A stretch of 56,246 nucleotides of DNA from Macrostomum lignano (Eukaryota), in the NCBI GenBank assembly GCA_002269645.1, contig NIVC01004186.1, positions 1-56,246 on the forward strand, in the 5' to 3' direction. Positions 1 through 19,820 of the stretch are shown here, in pieces (within the stretch, counting starts at the first letter, position 1; every line of letters begins with the position of its first letter). Both the position numbers and the translations under genes were made by a program. Below the pieces are notes generated by a model, which saw only the letters and a program-made list of their open reading frames with translations, searched no databases and was not told the DNA's origin.

Positions 1-111
1 AATCTAATCTAGCCATCTTATATCTAATCTCAACAAGTCTAGTGCCTAATCTTGTGATCTCCTAAACCACACATACTTAAGTCTGTGCCACCCTAAACCT
101 ACACTGCCCTC

Positions 112-1161
112 AGCTCCGAAACCACCAGATCCGCCCTGATCCGCCCTTCAGCCCCTAAACCACCAGTTCCGCCCCTGATCCGTCCTTCAGCCCCTAAACC
201 ACCAGTTCCGCCCTGATCCGCCCTTCAGCCCTAAACCACCAGTTCCGCCCCTGATCCGCCCTTCAGCCCCTAAACCACCAGATCCGCCTTCAGTTCCGCC
301 CTTAAACCACCAGATCCGCCCCTGATCCGCCCTCCAGCCCCTAAACCACCAGTTCCGCCCCTGATCCGCCCTTCAGCCCCTAAACCACCAGTTCCGCCCC
401 TGATCCGTCCTTCAGCCCCTAAACCACCAGTTCCGCCCCTGATCCGCCCTTCAGCCCCTAAACCACCAGATCCGCCTTCAGTTCGCCCTTAAACCACCAG
501 ATCCGCCCCTGATCCGCCCTCCAGCCCCTAAACCACCAGTTCCGCCCCTGATCCGCCCTTCAGCCCCTAAACCACCAGTTCCGCCCCTGATCCGCCCTTC
601 AGCCCCTAAACCACCAGTTCCGCCCCTGATCCGCCCTTCAGCCCCTAAACCACCAGTTCCGCCCCTGATCCGCCCTTCAGCCCCTAAACCACCAGATCCG
701 CCTTCAGTTCGCCCTCAACCACCAGATCCGCCCCTGATCCGCCTCCAGCCCCTAAACCACCAGTCCCGCCCTGATCCGCCCTTCAGCCCCTAAACCACCA
801 GTTCCGCCCCTGATCCGCCCTTCAGCCCCTAAACCACCAGTTCCGCCCTGATCCGCCCTTCAGCCCCTAAACCACCAGTTCCGCCCCTGATCCGCCCTTC
901 AGCCCCTAAACCACCAGATCCGCCTTCAGTTCCGCCCTTAAACCACCAGATCCGCCCCTGATCCGCCCTCCAGCCCCTAAACCACCAGTTCCGCCCCTGA
1001 TCCGCCCTTCAGCCCCTAAACCACCAGTTCCGCCCCTGATCCGCCCTTCAGCCCCTAAACCACCAGTTCCGCCCCTGATCCGCCTTCAGCCCCTAAACCA
1101 CCAGTTCCGCCCCTGATCCGCCCTTCAGCCCCTAAACCACCAGCTCCGCCCCTGATTTCAG
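112..1161. repeat. Intronic minisatellite, ~39-bp unit (cagcccctaaaccaccagttccgcccctgatccgccctt), with a recurring variant unit
   Basis: Head-to-tail copies read directly. The array runs into the splice acceptor at 1160-1161. Confidence 0.95.
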
Positions 1162-7185
<6,024 letters not shown>

Positions 7186-7314
7186 CGCTTGCCAGGTCGT
7201 CTACGGAAGAAGTCTCTCTTGTGTTTTTCTGCTTCAACTCACTGGTTTTTGTAGCCTCTTGAGAAAGTAAAAATTTTGTGAAAAAAATGAACTTAATCTG
7301 GGAGTAGGTTACCA

Positions 7315-7905
7315 AGTTTGGGCTTGGTGAATTTTGGGATTTGTGAAGTCTGGGATTTGAGAAGTTTGGGCTTGGTGAAGTTTGGGCTTTGTGAAGTTTG
7401 AGCTTGGTGAAGTTTGGGCTTAATGAAGTTTGGAATTTGTGAAGTTTGGGCTTTGTGAAGTTTGGGCTTTGTGAAGTTTGGGCTTTGTGAAGTTTGGGAT
7501 TTGTGAAGTTTGGGCTTTGTGAAGTTTGAGCTTTGTGAAGTTTGGGCTTTGTGAAGTTTGGGCTTTGTGAAGTTTGAGCTTTGTGAAGTTTGGGCTTTGT
7601 GAAGTTTGGGATTTGTGAAGTTTGGGCTTTGTGAAGTTTAAACTTTGTGAAGTTTGGGCTTTGTGAAGTTTGGGCTTTGTGAAGTTTGGGCTTTGTGAAG
7701 TTTGAGCTTTGTGAAGTCTGGGCTTTGTAATTTTAAGCTTTGTGAAGTTTGAGCTTTGTGAAGTTTGAACTTTGTGAAGTTTGGGCTTTGTGAAGTTTGG
7801 GCTTTGTGAAGTTTGGGCTTTGTGAAGTCTGGGCTTTGTAATTTTAAGCTTGGTGAATTTTGGGCTTTGTGAAGTTTGAGCTTTAATATTTCAGCTTTGT
7901 GAAGT
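7315..7905. repeat. 16-bp minisatellite (gtgaagtttgggcttt)
   Basis: Head-to-tail copies downstream of the zinc-finger stop codon. Confidence 0.95.
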
Positions 7906-8334
7906 TTGGGGCATCCTGGGCATGCTAAGCTGGTGAGCTAGATATCCAAAAAAGCGTTTCTTCTGATTTTTTAGAGATTTAGCCCAGCTTTATTTACGTT
8001 GGACTGAAGTATAGTTATTTCGCGTTTTTTAGTGTTGTTTTTTGTTTGCCTATAAAAATCTTGCTGCTCCTTTCATTCAAACTGCTATGACAGCTATTGC
8101 CATCCTTTTGTTTGTGTCATCTTTCGGTTTCTTAGTCTGTTTTTACAGCATGTTTTGGCATGTGATTGATGATTTTGCGTTTATTGCCATTGCGTCCGCT
8201 CAATATCGTAGTCTGGTAATCAGACTGCACTTTCATACTTTTGTTGATGCAGTGTTAATCAAATCAATTCTGTTCAAACTCATCTATACCACAAGAGTGT
8301 TGGTAGATCTAATCTAATCAATTTCATTTATACC

Positions 8335-8757
8335 TGGGTGTTGATAGATCTAATTGAATTCATTTATACCTGAGAGTTGATAGATCTAAGCAAACCCATC
8401 TATACTGAGAATTGATAGATCTAATCAAACCCATCTATACCTGAGAGTTGATAGATCTAATCAAACCCATCTATACTGAGAGTTGATAGATCTAATCAAA
8501 CCCATCTATACTGAGAATTGATAGATCTAATCAAACCCATCTATACCTGAGAGTTGATAGATCTAATCAAACCCATCTATACCTGAGAGTTGATAGATCT
8601 AATCAAACCCATCTATACCTGAGAGTTGATAGATCTAATCAAACCCATCTATACCTGAGAGTTGATAGATCTAATCAAACCCATCTATACCTGAGAGTTG
8701 ATAGATCTAATCAAACCCATCTATACCTGAGAGTTGATAGATCTAATCAAACCCATC
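8335..8757. repeat. 36-bp minisatellite (ctaatcaaacccatctatacctgagagttgatagat)
   Basis: Period 36 (e.g. 8521 and 8557), no spacers. Confidence 0.93.
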
Positions 8758-9986
8758 GAAAGTTTTTCTACACCCGTATTTAGTTCGAATTAATTATGCT
8801 AACAACTTTGAATCTGCATGGCTAATGCAAATTGTCTGGGTGCCAACAATTGCAAATACCTGCATTACATATACCTGCATTAAAATTGTTTTGCTCTGAA
8901 CAGCTTATTCATTAATCAAGTTTCATTATACTACTATCAATTCTCATAGTAACAGTCAAAGCGTTTTGTTTTTTAATCTGTCTCATGTATTTATTACAAT
9001 TTATTTGTTTAGAACGAATGTGCATTTGAGTGTTTCGTTTGAAACAGCTATTTAGCTTTACTTGTAAAGTACTTGACAAAGCTGCTAATTTAGCTGATAG
9101 AATTATTATAAAGCAGCTTTGTTAGTGTTTTTCCTCAGTTCTAAACATCATTTTTCTAGCTAATAATTCCTGCTAATAAATAAATCAGAATAAAAATGCA
9201 TTTTATTTAGCCAAATTAATTTGACTGTTTTAACCACGCGTGTCCCTGCCAACTCTTTGTATCTGTTTCCGTTGTCTTTCAGGCTTTTGTTACCTATTAT
9301 TTTATTATAAACTTGGCTGCTTTTCAGTTTGCTAGCTAGTAGTATGTTTCGATTGTAAAGCTACAAATTTAGTTGATCTTCTGGAGGATGAAAGAATAAA
9401 TAATCTGGCTGGCAGACAATCAGATAAGATAATAGGCGAGTCTGTAACTTAGTCATAAATTTTTAATTAGTCCAATAAAATCATTAGCACAGTATGCCTG
9501 CTTTTATTATCTGAAATAATCTGCCTCTGGATTCGCTGAATTAAATAAATCGGCCTCCAACTTTGTAGTTTCCTGTCCCTAGTTATTGAGAAGTCCTTGG
9601 CATGGCCATAGACTATTCATTTTTACTATTATCTGAGCGAGTAGATTAACAGTTAGGTTCTGTGGTTAAGTTTAAATGTAGATCATGAATGAAAAATTAA
9701 ATAACAAATATTCGCCAGTGGGTTGTGAGCACCCTGGCTCATCCCTATCCCTATCTTCAATTGTGACTTGAGAATGTCGCAAGCAGCCTATTCAGCTATA
9801 TATACGTACTAGATATACTAACCACGGTCAACTCTGCTTAACTTGTACATGTATAAGCTGGTGGCAGAAATTTTACAGTCCAATACAAGTTCAACACAAA
9901 AGTTTAGCATTGGTATTTACAAAAAATGAAAAGTAAATAAAACGAATACAAAAGTCAGCCACATTGAGTCGAAGTCCGCGCTGCTG

Positions 9987-10286
9987 CTATTGGTTGATAA
10001 TAGACCGGACAAAGTCCTCGTACCGGATCTGGCCCTCCCCGTCGCAGTCGGCCTCTTTAATCAACGCGTCGACCTCTTCGTCCGTGAGTCGCTCTCCGAG
10101 CTGAGTTAGCTGGTTGCGCAGCTCGGAGGCAGACACCATGCCGCTGTTCTGCTTGTCGAACACGCGGAACGCCTCGATGATGGCCTCTTCAGTGTCGCGG
10201 GGCTTCATCTTCTCGGCCATGAGCGTCATGAATGTGTTGAGCTCGAGTACACCAGTCAGCTCGGAGTCGATCTCTTCGATGTACTC
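9987..10286 (-). CDS. Divergent calmodulin-like exon (EF2-EF4), orphan duplicate of calmodulin exon 2; probable alternative terminal exon
   Basis: Open 300-nt frame [49 protein letters not shown]...FVRSIINQ*. Homology extends 19 codons upstream of the listed ATG, exactly to the phase-0 intron position of the neighbouring gene, and is preceded by AG (10288-10287). 52/99 identical to exon 2a by manual alignment. Confidence 0.8.
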   Translation of the reverse strand, partial: EYIEEIDSELTGVLELNTFMTLMAEKMKPRDTEEAIIEAFRVFDKQNSGMVSASELRNQLTQLGERLTDEEVDALIKEADCDGEGQIRYEDFVRSIINQ

Positions 10287-10468
10287 CTTTTGTTTGGTTT
10301 ATTGAATGGCGAAGTAGTGTGTTATTGGCTTGAATTTTATTGTCGATACACCTAATACTGTAGGCTTAATTGTGCACACCCCTTCTCTTCCATGCTACTT
10401 ACAGTATTGCAACCAGTACAGGAGCGTACATCAAAGCTGCATGTATTGAAATACTGGTAGCATTGTAC

Positions 10469-10723
10469 CAAGGATCGGCAAACTATAGGTCATTTCATCT
10501 ATTGGGCCCTCGGGTATCGGCTATGGAGATCTATTCTCTCCCCTCTTCTCTATTCCCTCATCCCTATCTTCTCATCTCCTCTCTCTCTCATTCCACACCT
10601 CATCTCATCTTCTCTCCTCTCCCAGTATTCTTTCTCGTTTCCGCTCTTATCTACCCCCCAGCCACGAGCTACGAGCGTAGATTCTTAATCTGGCCCTTAA
10701 GGTAAAAATTTTGCCGACCCCTG
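10469..10723. mobile_element. hAT-type MITE (TIR family CAGGGGTCGGCAAA) with CT-rich interior
   Basis: Left caaggatcggcaaact, right ttttgccgacccctg. The right subterminal region is homologous to 15810-15875. The TSD is not clean. Confidence 0.65.
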
Positions 10724-11075
10724 TATTATTAGAAACCACGTTGTATAAATTAATATACATTTAATACATCAGGAATGTGTATATGAAATCAGCGTTGAAC
10801 TGAAAACATGCCTGAATTTAGATAAAACGCAATTCAGTCAATTTTGGCTATTTTATGTTTATTGGAACAATCGATATATTATAATTATTAAAGATATTAG
10901 TAGATAAAAATTAGAAGCGGGTCAAGGCTGCCAAAACGCAATTTATTGATTAGGAAAACAGGATTATCTGGTACAGCAAACAGAATTTAAAGATTTTATA
11001 TATAGCACAAAAATGTCAAGTCTTTTAGTTCATTTTCGGGCGCGATGATATGGCGGACGACACGATAGATCGAGT

Positions 11076-11762
<687 letters not shown>

Positions 11763-11843
11763 TTACTGGGGGCGTAAGGCTGTGTGTTTGCAGTTTTGTT
11801 TGCGAGAGGCGGTGGTCACACAGACTGCATCGGGTCGAGCAGC

Positions 11844-11850
11844 TTTTATA
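11844..11850 (-). promoter_or_regulatory. TATA box of the calmodulin gene
   Basis: TATAAAA on the minus strand ~95 nt upstream of the ATG. Confidence 0.6.
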
Positions 11851-12864
11851 AAAAGCCTGCGCTTATAGTCTGTCTGCTCCGCTGTCTGCAAGAGCTCGTC
11901 TCTCGGCAAAAGCAGCACCGAGGCCCGCAACCCCCTCCCTCCCTCCGCCCACAGTCTTGACACCGAGTGAGTCCGAGAGGCGATTCAACAGTTTGCAATA
12001 AAACAGACACAAAACCTGCAGCTGCCATCCAAGCCCCCCTTTGCTTGCCTTGGCACCTCCCCCCCCCCGAGCAAATGCGGGGGGGGGTGGGCCAATTACC
12101 GTCTCCAAGGCTCCAAGGCAGTAAGGGCAAGATGCTAAACATTAGTCTGAGTGAGTAAGCTCACCTCACCCAACCTTACGTTCGAAAAGTTGGTGGCCAA
12201 GGTAACAAACTTTTCAAGCCGCTGATTGGCCATGGAGCGCCTCGCAATAAAGCCAGCAAAATGTTCATTAATCAGTCCAACCCCAGGCCAGGGAGGGGCA
12301 AGACACAATTGCTTGTCAGTAGGTGCGGCTGCTTCATCTTATATAATAAACAACATTAATGACTCAACGAGACAGAAAACCAGTGCTGCTGTTTCATTTT
12401 CAAAATATTTGTCAACAGTTGAAGACTCGCAACTGCAAGAATGGCAATTATAAAAATTATATTGGATATATTATGGACTGGGAATGTACGGAATGTGGCA
12501 AAGCCTTAGTCAGCATTTATATCTGTCTTATTATTGATGACTTGACTTTCAACTTTAAACATACGAGTTATATGGCGATAATTTTACCAGCAAAGCAGAG
12601 ACAGTGGAGTCGAGAGGAAAGGCCTCACAGAAGCCACAGAGGAAACGAATAACAAAATCTACAGATAGCATTGGAAATAAATATTAATAATTCATGATTA
12701 AGGCATTATTATCAAGTTGAGGCAAGTTTTACATTGAGCAAAAAAACAAAACAATTCGAAATTTTAACAGTCTGAGATTCAAGGCGTTCCTCCAACTTTA
12801 AGGCAGAAAACACAACTTGTTGGCTAAATAAAACTGAGGAAAAACAAGCCCGGTTTATTTACAG

Positions 12865-13625
12865 CAGGGGGCGGAAAACTTTTTTTAAAATCAAAAGCCA
12901 GATATAGATTCTAGCGCATGACTGCGGCTCAGAGAGAAGAGAAGACAGAAGAGAGATGAGGGGAGAGGGGAGAGGAAAGGAGATGAGAAGAGATGAGATG
13001 AGAGAGGAGAGAATGGAGACGAGAGATGAGGGGAGAGGGGAGAGATAAGAAGAAATGAGGGGAGAGAGGGGAGATAAGAGGAGCGGAGAGAGAGGGGAGA
13101 CGAAAGGAGATGAGGGAAGAGATGGGAGATGAGAAGAGAGGGGAGAGAGGGGAGATGAGAGGAGAGAGGGGAGATGAGAGGAGCGGAGAGAGAGGGGAGA
13201 CGGGAAGAGATGAGGGAAGAGATGGGAGATGAGAAGAGAGGGGAGAGAGGGGAGATGAGGGGAGAAAGGGGAGATGAGAGGAGCGGAGAGAGAGGGGAGA
13301 CGGGAAGAGATGAGAGAAGAGATGGGAGATGAGAAGAGAGGGGAGAGAGGGGAGATGAGGGGAGAGAGGGGAGATGAGAGGAGCGGAGAGAGAGGGGAGA
13401 CGGGAAGAGATGAGGGGAGAGAGGGGAGATGAGAGGAGCGGAGAGAGAGGGGAGACGGGAAGAGATGAGGGGAGAGATGGGAGATGAGAGGAGCGGAGAG
13501 AGAGGGGAGACAAGAAGAGATGAGGGGAGAGAGGGGAGATGAGAGGAGAAGGGAGACGAGAGGAAATGAGGGGAGAGATGGGAGATGGGAGGAGATGGGA
13601 GAGGCGAGAGGGGAGAGAGGAGATG
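12865..13625. mobile_element. hAT-type MITE end plus internal GA-rich tandem array
   Basis: 12865-12930 (cagggggcggaaaac...ctagcgcatgactgcgg) is homologous to the reverse complement of 15810-15875. GA-rich repeats follow (12930-13625). The other end was not identified. Confidence 0.6.
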
Positions 13626-14218
13626 AATATAACAGAATAATTGAACGTTGGAGTGAACCAGAGGATGCAAGCAGAGGGCGGCATTATTATACAGCTGAGC
13701 AACTTAGACAAAAGTGTAAATACGAAACAGTGGAGAAATTCGATTTAAACAGGACTGGCTGGATGGCAAACGAAGGCATTTCTTTCTGTTAGAAATATTG
13801 AAGAAAAAGCAACAAAAATCTAATTTATTAATAATATCGAAAATCTTTAGTCCAAGCTATTATAAAACATCGTTGCGGAAATGAAAAAAGATGACTACAT
13901 GTAATAAATAAGTAAAAATTCATCAGGTCGATGAAAGTAGCAAGATGCAGATATTATGAAAAATTTAATGCTTATCAGTTTGCGCTGTTAAACTGGACTG
14001 ACAAACTATAAGGCGTAGATGGTTGGCTAATTTGTTAATTTGTTAGATCCTAACTATTGGCAGTAGTATAATATATATTGGTGCAAAGCCAAACAACAAA
14101 ATACTGATAAGAAAGCCATGATAGTACAGGCAAGGTAGCAGCTAATTTACTAACCTACTAATATTAAAGTTTCTATTTTGATGCGTATAAATATTTTAAC
14201 TTTTCTGAACTCTGCTAG

Positions 14219-15875
14219 CAGGGGTCGGCAAACTCCGGCCCTTGGATCTTTCTGAAACTTTACAATAGCAATTCGGTCTGCTGAAGGCCCGGGTCTCTTC
14301 TCAGCTGTCTACTCTCTACTCTCCTTTTCTCTCCCCTCTCTTCTCTCTCCTATCCTCTCGTCTCTTCTCTCTCCTATCCTCTCGTCTCTTCCCTCTCCTA
14401 TCCTCTCGTCTCTTCTCTCTCCTATCCTCTCGTCTCTTCTCTCTCCTATCCTCTCGTCTCTTCTCTCTCCTATCCTCTCGTCTCTTCCCTCTCCTATCCT
14501 CTCGTCTCTTCTCTCTCCTATCCTCTCGTCTCTTCTCTCTCCTATCCTCTCGTCTCTTCTCTCTCCTATCCTCTCGTCTCTTCTCTCTCCTATCCTCTCG
14601 TCTCTTCCCTCTCCTATCCTCTCGTCTCTTCTCTCTCCTATCCTCTCGTCTCTTCTCTCTCCTATCCTCTCGTCTCTTCTCTCTCCTATCCTCTCGTCTC
14701 TTCTCTCTCCTATCCTCTCGTCTCTTCTCTCTCCTATCCTCTCGTCTCTTCTCTCTCCTATCCTCTCGTCTCTTCTCTCTCCTATCCTCTCGTCTCTTCT
14801 CTCTCCTATCCTCTCGTCTCTTCTCTCTCCTATCCTCTCGTCTCTTCTCTCTCCTATCCTCTCGTCTCTTCCCTCTCCTATCCTCTCGACTCTTCCCTCT
14901 CCTATCCTCTCGTCTCTTCTCTCTCCTATCCTCTCGTCTCTTCTCTCTCCTATCCTCTCGTCTCTTCTCTCTCCTATCCTCTCGTCTCTTCTCTCTCCTA
15001 TCCTCTCGTCTCTTCTCTCTCCTATCCTCTCGTCTCTTCCCTCTCCTATCCTCTCGTCTCTTCTCTCTCCTATCCTCTCGTCTCTTCCCTCTCCTATCCT
15101 ATCCTCTCGTCTCTTCTCTCTCCTATCCTCTCGTCTCTTCCCTCTCCTATCCTCTCGTCTCTTCTCTCTCCTATCTTCTCGCCTCTTCTCTCTCCTATCC
15201 TCTCGTCTCTTCTCTCTCCTATCCTCTCGTCTCTTCTCTCTCCCCTTCCCCCTCCTATCCTCTCGTCTCTTCCCTCTCCTATCCTCTCGTCTCTTCTCTC
15301 TCCTATCCTCTCGTCTCTTCTCTCTCCTATCCTCTCGTCTCTTCTCTCTCCTATCCTCTCGTCTCTTCTCTCTCCTATCCTCTCGTCTCTTCTCTCTCCT
15401 ATCCTCTCGTCTCTTCCCTCTCCTATCCTCTCGTCTCTTCTCTCTCCTATCCTCTCGTCTCTTCCCTCTCCTATCCTCTCGTCTCTTCTCTCTCCTATCC
15501 TCTCGTCTCTTCTCTCTCCTATCCTCTCGTCTCTTCTCTCTCCTATCCTCTCGTCTCTTCTCTCTCCTATCCTCTCGTCTCTTCTCTCTCCCCTTCCCCC
15601 TCCTATCCTCTCGTCTCTTCCCTCTCCTATCCTCTCGTCTCTCTTCTTCTCTCTCGTCTATCTCCTCTTGTCTCCTCTCTTCTCTAGTCTCTTCTCTCCT
15701 CTCCTCTCTCGACTCTCCGCTCTCCTCTTCTCACCTCTCTTTCTCTGTCTTCCCTCCTCTCTCATCCAATATCCTCTCCTTTATTACTTCGCTTCTCATC
15801 TCCCCCTTTGGCCCGCAGTCATGCGCTAGTTTCTCCATCTAGCCCTTGAGGTAAAAAAAGTTTGCCGACCCGCTG
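14219..15875. mobile_element. hAT-type MITE carrying a 24-bp satellite (ctctcctatcctctcgtctcttct, ~14340-15640)
   Basis: TIRs caggggtcggcaaac and gtttgccgacccgctg. More than 50 near-identical 24-bp units inside. Confidence 0.8.
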
Positions 15876-16774
15876 GGTTAGAAAGCACACCAAATTCCCC
15901 ATATAAAGCTATAGCCAATGCTCAGTCAGTTAGGCTAATAAATGATGATAGCGCGACCGAAACTATAAACTTTACAAACTAGAACTTAGAAGGCTCCGCT
16001 CTCAGTCAGCCGGTGTGTCGGGGTGGGGGTGGGCGGTGCAGTCTCTGTGCATGACAGTTTGGCCGCTTGCAGACTTAAACTTCGAGCTCAAACTTGTTCT
16101 AAAAATTTATGCATCAAACCAACTCTAAAGAAAAGCTTTCTATCACTACCTCGGGGGGGGGGTCTTTTATGCTTTCAGTTACCTGCTGCTTTTGCAACAA
16201 CCTAACCTACTCAATGTGGAGGGAGGGGGGATAGGAAACTACTGAGACTGGCCTAGCTAGTTTCCATTTTATGTCTCTACTAGGCAATAAGTTCGCTAAC
16301 AATATTTCGAGTTAGGAATTTTCCACACCAGCGGCTAAAGTTGAAGATAAATGTTAGCTAGAAAGCCAAGCCAGCTTCATACTTCAAAAGACAAAACAAT
16401 GAAAAAAACTTACAAAAACTGATAAGAAAAGGACAAGTCAAGGCAAGGACGTATTGATTCAAAATAATGGACACCAACAGTGTAAATCTATGTACAATAA
16501 ACCGACGCACGATTCTGTCATGGCGTTAACGCTCAACTGTTAAAAAACAAGAATAGCACTCGAGGAAAAACCAAAAAAAATAATAAAACAGACAAAAACA
16601 AAACACGAAATTAAGGCAGCTGTCGTTACAAGCACAAAAAACTATGTTAGCAAATAAAAATCTTAGTAAAAACTGTCTTTTACTGACGGACGGAGCAAAG
16701 TGAATAAAGCAAACAAACAAATAAAGGAAACAAGCTACTAAAAGGAAAACAAAGGAGAAAGGAAAATTCCAATC

Positions 16775-17824
16775 TCAGATCAGGGTCAGCGGCACAGTCT
16801 GCCGGTGCTCGTCGCTCCCGGCGCTGCCGCCGCCGCCGCCGCCCCCGCCGTTCGCCACCACATCGTAATCGCCTGAGTAGGCGCTAGACGAGTGATTGGA
16901 TGGCACAGGGATCTGCTCGGCCATGCCAGCAGATTGCTGCTGCTGCTGCAGAGACTGCAGGTAAATGGACGGGTCAGCAGCATAAGCAGCGGTCAATCCG
17001 CTGTACATTTGATGCTGCGGCTGCTGCTGCATGTCCAGAGTTGCCGAGGAGTCCAAGTTAGAAAAAGCAGACTGCTGGTCATAATGCTGCTGGTGATAGT
17101 GCTGTTGCTGCTGCTGTTGCTGCAACAGAAGAGCCGACTGCATGTGATGCGGATCAACATAAGGAGAGTACAGATTCTGAGTCTGCTGCTGCTGCTGCTC
17201 AGGCGCTAGGAGCATTTGGTAGCCGCTAATCTGGTGATGCTGATGAGCGCTAGATAGCAGATTCAACTGTTGTTGCAGACTCTGCTGATGGTGCTGGCCT
17301 AGCAACTGCTGGTTGGCTGGGTACCCCGAGACGGCTGCATTGTTATTGTCTGGATAGGCGTGGTACAACTGCTGCTGCTGGTGCTGCACGCTCAGGTGAT
17401 CTTCTGGCGTCATCGACTGCTGCTTTTGCTTCTGTTGCGTTTTGGATTTTTGCTGTGGTTTCTGCTGTTGGCCAGCGGGCGCTGCGGCTCCAGTAGAGGC
17501 TGCGCCTGCGGCGCGTTTCTTCGACTTCGGCTTGTACTTATAGCCGGGATTCGCTCTCTTGTGCTCATCCTTGAGTCTGTTTGCCTCGTCAATGTAGCCT
17601 TTCTTCTCGTCATCCGGCATTGTTTTCCATTCTTCGCCCAGCTTCCTACTGATCTCAGAATTGTGCATCTTGGGATTCTCTTTAGCGATGGCTTTCCGTC
17701 GCAGTTTGGCCCAAACCATAAACGGGTTCATTGGCCGCTTCACGTGGCCGGCTGGGGCTGGCGGTGGGTCGGCTGAGTCCGCTGGCAACAACTGGCCGGC
17801 TGAGTGGTCGGGAAGGCCTGTCAT
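16775..17824 (-). CDS. soxB1: Intronless Sox transcription factor, SoxB1-like, 349 aa
   Basis: HMG box HVKRPMNPFMVW...ENPKMHNSEISRKLGEEW...YKYKP. Gln-rich tail. C-terminus TVPLTLI matches the SoxB1 terminal motif (TVPLTHI in Sox1/Sox3). An intronless HMG box is typical of SoxB. Confidence 0.88.
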   Translation of the reverse strand: MTGLPDHSAGQLLPADSADPPPAPAGHVKRPMNPFMVWAKLRRKAIAKENPKMHNSEISRKLGEEWKTMPDDEKKGYIDEANRLKDEHKRANPGYKYKPKSKKRAAGAASTGAAAPAGQQQKPQQKSKTQQKQKQQSMTPEDHLSVQHQQQQLYHAYPDNNNAAVSGYPANQQLLGQHHQQSLQQQLNLLSSAHQHHQISGYQMLLAPEQQQQQTQNLYSPYVDPHHMQSALLLQQQQQQQHYHQQHYDQQSAFSNLDSSATLDMQQQPQHQMYSGLTAAYAADPSIYLQSLQQQQQSAGMAEQIPVPSNHSSSAYSGDYDVVANGGGGGGGGSAGSDEHRQTVPLTLI

Positions 17825-19820
17825 GCGGGCATGCAGATAATTTCAGTTATTTCTCTATGGTAAACATTGGCCTGTTTTCTGTCAAAAACCCAGTTTACCT
17901 CGGCTGATAAATTCAAAATCAGATAAAACACCAGCATCTCTACCTTAACATTTACATTTTGGAGCCTCTCTGACCCACAGACTGCCAAAACAGTTAAATA
18001 AGCTGACACAAAAAGTATCTGATTCTAAGGGTTGCTATTTAAAATACTCAAATTTATTAATTTCAGTTGCTTCAATAGATGCAACTGCTGATTGGAAAAA
18101 AAGCCGCATAGATGATTATTGTTACTTATATCTATGGCCAAATCTACAACAATCATTATGCTTGTAGAAGCCAGCAAACAATTTATTCTGATTTAGTTCA
18201 AGTGACATTTATAAGTTGATCAATAATCTACAATCATCTAGGAGATGTCTAATTGGCACCAATTTCAAAGCAGGGTTTAATAAATTAATATTTTTCTATA
18301 TTTTACATTCTATTCAAAATATTAATGATTTTAAAACTATTGGGATACTTAGAAATTAAAGACTATTCTATCTATTGTCAAAGATGAGTAATCTATCAAC
18401 ATCAATCTGCAGACTTCTAAAACTTCTTTGGGTTGCAGAGGCTCTTAGGTTTTTTAGTTAGAACCAAAGGATATATGTACTCTAGCAAACTTCAAGTGAC
18501 ATTCTTACATAACTTGCCTATTCTACTAGTTCTCTTGGCCCTGAGCAGGCGCACATTCTGGTAAGTATATAATAGCCTTAACTTTATTTATTGTTAGGCA
18601 TATACACTTTACTATGCATTGGAGGTTGGTTTCAAAGATTTTGATTACATAAACAGAGCTAAGATAAGATTCCAATTTAGCCTTAAACTATGACTACAAT
18701 AGGAATATAGCCAATGGCATTAGCACATTTGAGTGATATAATAGACGAATAAGCTAGAGGCTTAGCAATGAAAAAACAGAATATAAAGATATAGATATTA
18801 TATTTGATTTTTAAAATGTTGACCATTGCTAGCTAGCATCCTAGTTTATAGTTTGGTGGCATCTTAAATTTGAATCTAGAATGTCAAATGGCATTACGAT
18901 TCTAATGCTTAAAATTCAAGGTCTTTATAATTTTACAAAATAATAAGTTATGAAAAATGTTTTCTAATGAAAAAAGTTATTTTATATCAATCCTTTACAA
19001 TACTTTACTATTTTTTTGATAATAAAAACATTATTTCTATTATCTAAATCTTTAAATCTAAAAGTTAAGTCACTATTGATGATACATAAAAAGGATTATG
19101 CTACTACAATTTTCTTAAAAAAACAAAAATATATACTGAAAGAACCTTAAAACTCATCTAGCTTTTTCAATGAAATATTATTAATTGGCTATAAGTTCTA
19201 GATTGTGGACATAAAAAGGCATCTACAAACAATATATACTTGTAGATAGTGCACAGATAACATTTAAGTAGCAGTAGCGCAAGAAGTATCATTCTAGGCC
19301 AAGGGTTGGCAACCTCTGGCCTACAGGCCAGATCTAACTGACAAAGACTTTCTATGCGGCCTACAAACTTCCTTTATCTTCAATATTATAATCTGGCCTG
19401 CACTTTTATTGTAAATTGTAACTGCATTGTTTTTTCTACAAAAGATTTATGCACTAAAAATGGGAAATTTCTTTCTTCAATTTCTTCAACCTTAATGACA
19501 AATTAGTAATGAGATACAAACTGAGTGTAAGTGGCTTTTTACAAAGTCTAGACTAGACAACACATCAGTTTAAACTTTTGAATAGAAAAGAAACAGGGGA
19601 ACTGGCGGCAAAGAAAAGTGAGATAGTGATAGGCTAACAATGGGGGTACAAATGTAGTAATGTACTAAATACCTAAGGGGTGGATTCTGGAAAGTAAAGA
19701 CCCAATGGTAGATTCTGGAGGGTAAAGACCTAGAGGGGAAAAAGGCAGATTCTAGAGGGTAAATACCCAGGGGGCAGATTATGGAGGGTAAAGACCCAGG
19801 GGGAGGGCAGATACTAGAGG

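Noticed and set aside
112-1161. CCCTAAA telomere-like motif in the first array
   Set aside because: It occurs once per 39-bp unit, not as a tandem telomeric run, and the array lies inside an intron.
8335-8757. 36-bp repeat with internal dyad (atctat...atagat), the length of a CRISPR repeat
   Set aside because: Units are head-to-tail with no unique spacers, there are no cas genes, and the context is eukaryotic.
9987-10229. Stand-alone 80-aa half-calmodulin starting at the listed ATG
   Set aside because: Homology continues 19 codons upstream to the conserved intron position, so this ATG is internal.
10340-10460. Faint EF1-like reading (SFDVRSCTGCNT) on the minus strand as a private first exon for the calmodulin-like exon
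   Set aside because: Very low similarity, no ATG, lacks the [15 protein letters not shown] helix, and ends in a stop. Likely chance, but it is the alternative to test.
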